Positions 61,627 to 64,000 of a stretch of DNA of 64,000 bases are shown one piece after another (positions within the stretch are counted from its first letter, which is position 1; each line of letters starts with the position of its first letter). The DNA is from Alphaproteobacteria bacterium (GTDB taxonomy: Bacteria > Pseudomonadota > Alphaproteobacteria > MPNO01): assembly GCA_965248835.1 (NCBI GenBank), contig CBDFLJ010000002.1:992001-1056000 (forward strand). The letters run 5' to 3'. A program made the translations under genes and the position numbers. The notes under the pieces are model-generated. The model was not told the origin of the DNA. It saw nothing but the letters and a program-made list of their open reading frames with translations, and made no database searches.

Positions 61627-62292
61627 TTACGCCACCCGCGCCGCCGCGCGCGATTGCCGCCAGGCAGCCAGGATCTCATCGGTGGCGGTCACCAGGCCGA
61701 ACCGGTGGGTGACGGTCTGCAAGCTCGCCTCGTGCAACGCCATGTCCCAGCTCGCCGTCGCATCGCGCGGCACGGCGACGTAATAGCCCGTCTCGAAGGC
61801 ATCGCGCAGCGTGCTCTCGACGCAGACATTGGTCGAAACCCCGGTCGTGATCACGGTCTGGATACGATGTGCGCGCAGCACCATGTCGAGGTCGGTACCC
61901 TTGAACGCGCTGTAGCGGTGCTTTCTGATCCACACCTCGCCGGTGCGCGGGGACAGCTCGTCGATGAACGCCGCGCCCTCGGTATCGGCGATGCACAGGA
62001 CGTCGGAGGAATAGGTCGAGCGCCGCCGCTGGGCGAGCCAGGGTCCGGAATCGCTGGCGTGATCGGGCAGCGTCCAGAAGCCGACATGGACCACCAGCAC
62101 GCCGGCCGCGCGCGCGCCGTCGAGCAGCCGGACCAGGTTGGGGATGATCGACCGCGTCGCGCTCAGGTCGCGCCCGGCCAGATCGCACAGGAACCCGTCG
62201 AGCACCAGGTCCTTCTGCATGTCGATGATCACAAGCGCCGCGCGGTCCGGCGCGATCCGCTCCTCCAGAGTTTCCAGCATGGCCGGTTCCAT
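61627..62292 (-). CDS. Isochorismatase-family cysteine hydrolase (RutB-like)
   Basis: ALVIIDMQKD, KHRYSAF.GTDLD, GVSTNVCVESTLRDA. Confidence 0.9.
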   Translation of the reverse strand: MEPAMLETLEERIAPDRAALVIIDMQKDLVLDGFLCDLAGRDLSATRSIIPNLVRLLDGARAAGVLVVHVGFWTLPDHASDSGPWLAQRRRSTYSSDVLCIADTEGAAFIDELSPRTGEVWIRKHRYSAFKGTDLDMVLRAHRIQTVITTGVSTNVCVESTLRDAFETGYYVAVPRDATASWDMALHEASLQTVTHRFGLVTATDEILAAWRQSRAAARVA

Positions 62293-62295
62293 CGC

Positions 62296-63180
62296 TCAGC
62301 CTCCCTTGCGTGCCGCCGCTTCGGCGGCGATGAACCAGTCCGCGATCCCGGCTCCGGTCATGAAGACCGTATCGTCCCTGGCCTGGAGGATGTCGAGCAT
62401 CTCCACCAGGTACCCGAAGCGATGCGGCACGCCAATCAGATGCGGATGCAGCCCAAGCGTGAGCACCTTGGGTTGTTCGGCCAGCTCGGGCTCGAAACAG
62501 GCCAGCGTGTCGATCATCCGGCGGTGGATTTCCGCCGAGCCGTGCTTGTCGCCGGCATAGATCGGGCTGTCGTTGATCTCCAGCGTATAGGGCAGCGCCA
62601 GCATCGGCCCGTGCTCGGTGGTCATCCAGCACGGCAGGTCGTCGAGCGGCCAGTCGAAGACATATTCGATCCCCGCCGCCTTCAGGAGATCCGGCGTCCG
62701 GAAGCTCTCGCGCAGGCCGGGGCCCAGCCATCCGCGCGGCCGCGTGCCGGTGAAGGCGTCGATCATCCCGAGCGCGGTCTCGATCAGCGCTGCCTCGTCG
62801 CCTTCGCCCTGGATCGACTTCTGGTGGACGCCGTGGCCGATGAACTCCCACCCGGCCTCGCGGATCGCCTCGGCGCATGACGGGTAGGCCTCGATCACCG
62901 ATGCGTTGAAGCTGCAGCTCGCCGGCACGCCGCGCCCGGCGAACAGGCGCAACAGCCGGGGCATGCCGACCCGCATGCCGTATTCCGCCCAGGCAAAGTT
63001 GGGCACGTCCGGCACCGCTTCCAGCCCGTGCGGGCTGGTCAGCGCCTTGCGCGGCATCGGCTGGTCGAACTGCCAGTGCTCGACATTGACCACCAGGTGG
63101 ACGATCAGCGGCTTGCCGTCGGGCGGGGTCAGGCGCGGCCGCCGGTCGAACAGCTCGAAGGCGATGCGCGGGTTGCTCAT
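62296..63180 (-). CDS. Polysaccharide deacetylase-fold protein (PuuE allantoinase-like)
   Basis: VNVEHW, EYGMRVG..R, GHG, GWLGPG, PYTLEIND, LHPHLIG.PHR. Confidence 0.88.
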   Translation of the reverse strand: MSNPRIAFELFDRRPRLTPPDGKPLIVHLVVNVEHWQFDQPMPRKALTSPHGLEAVPDVPNFAWAEYGMRVGMPRLLRLFAGRGVPASCSFNASVIEAYPSCAEAIREAGWEFIGHGVHQKSIQGEGDEAALIETALGMIDAFTGTRPRGWLGPGLRESFRTPDLLKAAGIEYVFDWPLDDLPCWMTTEHGPMLALPYTLEINDSPIYAGDKHGSAEIHRRMIDTLACFEPELAEQPKVLTLGLHPHLIGVPHRFGYLVEMLDILQARDDTVFMTGAGIADWFIAAEAAARKGG

Positions 63181-63554
63181 TGAGCGCGTTGCCAGACGAT
63201 CTCCGCCTTGGTGCCCGGGCCGTAGGCGATCGAAGGCTCGGCGGTCAGCGTCATCCGGTCGTCGTCGAGGCTGACCGCGCGGTGCTGCTCGGTGCCGCGC
63301 AGTTCGGGGTCGCTGCTCATGTGGATGCGGTGGATGTTCTTGCCCTCCAGGCACTCGAGCGCCCCGCAATAGGTCAGGTGATCGCGTCCGCCCTTGCCGT
63401 CGGGGCGCTCCACCGAACACGACATGAACCCGTCGGCGGCGTAGAAGATGTAGCCCCGGGTGTCGTCGCCCCAGGGCTCGGACGTATTACCCTCGGCATC
63501 GGTCAGCGTGTAGCCGGCAAGCTCCCAGGTTCCCACCAGTTCGTCGCGCACCAT
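63177..63554 (-). CDS. Lipocalin-like domain protein
   Basis: LVGTWEL, G..FY.ADG.MS, GTEQ.R, C-terminal WQRA; overlaps the next gene start. Confidence 0.8.
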   Translation of the reverse strand: MVRDELVGTWELAGYTLTDAEGNTSEPWGDDTRGYIFYAADGFMSCSVERPDGKGGRDHLTYCGALECLEGKNIHRIHMSSDPELRGTEQHRAVSLDDDRMTLTAEPSIAYGPGTKAEIVWQRAQ

Positions 63555-63671
63555 CGATCGTCTCCCCTTTGCTGTTCGGCACCGTTCGGCCCGTGTCGGC
63601 CGCCAAGCCTAGCCCAACGGCGTCGAACACGCGATGCTATGAACGGCTTGCGAGACTGCAAGGAGTGTGAA

Positions 63672-64000
63672 ATGAGCCTTGCCGCCGATGCCGCGCACGT
63701 CCCGCCGGCGATCACGGCCCTGATGGCCGACTACGCCCATTGCATCGACGACGACCGGCTGGAGGACTGGCCCGGCCTGTTCACCGATCCCTGCCTCTAC
63801 CGCATCGCCACCCGGGACAACGAGAGGCGCGGACTGCCGGCTTCGATCATGCTGTGCGACACCAGGGCGATGTTGCTGGACCGGGTGGTCTCGGTGCGCC
63901 ACGCCAACGTCTTCGAACCCCACACCTACCGCCACATGGTGAGCTGCATCCGCCTGCTCGCTGTCGCGGGCACCGAATATCGGCTACAATCGAACTACCT
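63672..64000 (+). CDS. Ring-hydroxylating oxygenase beta subunit (NagH/salicylate 5-hydroxylase-like), 3' end outside the window
   Basis: AGGAG RBS; YAHCIDDDRLEDWPGLF, REN-like RDN..GLP, DRV, FEPHTYRH. Confidence 0.85.
   Translation, partial: MSLAADAAHVPPAITALMADYAHCIDDDRLEDWPGLFTDPCLYRIATRDNERRGLPASIMLCDTRAMLLDRVVSVRHANVFEPHTYRHMVSCIRLLAVAGTEYRLQSNY

Overview
High-GC alphaproteobacterial chromosome segment; the taxonomic call rests on GTTC-N7-GTTC SOS boxes and a form II cox cluster. Bases 1-10.3 kb look like the right end of a decayed genomic island. It ends at a tRNA-Met 3' fragment (10271-10312) and holds IS630, IS3 and IS5 elements, an integrase remnant and catabolic genes: an HpaB-family pseudogene, a VanA-like Rieske oxygenase, a cyclase, an alpha/beta-fold protein lacking its Ser and His, and a GFA protein. 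Next come a lactonase/TRAP/amidase/racemase-fold locus, cytochrome c2, a complete form II cox-like molybdoenzyme operon with an atypical ALRGAGR motif, dinJ-yafQ, an MFS gene, and copper-type genes interleaved with a split IS1380. These are followed by an MrpA-less Mrp operon with three MrpD paralogs, a TPP-riboswitch thiXYZ cassette, recA-alaS-icd, cytochromes and a LysM protein with 5 x 105-bp repeats. The window ends with a PuuE-like/RutB-like/ABC/psuG/acyl-CoA ligase cluster. No CRISPR array, rRNA or intact tRNA was seen. All calls come from reading motifs by eye, with no database searches.
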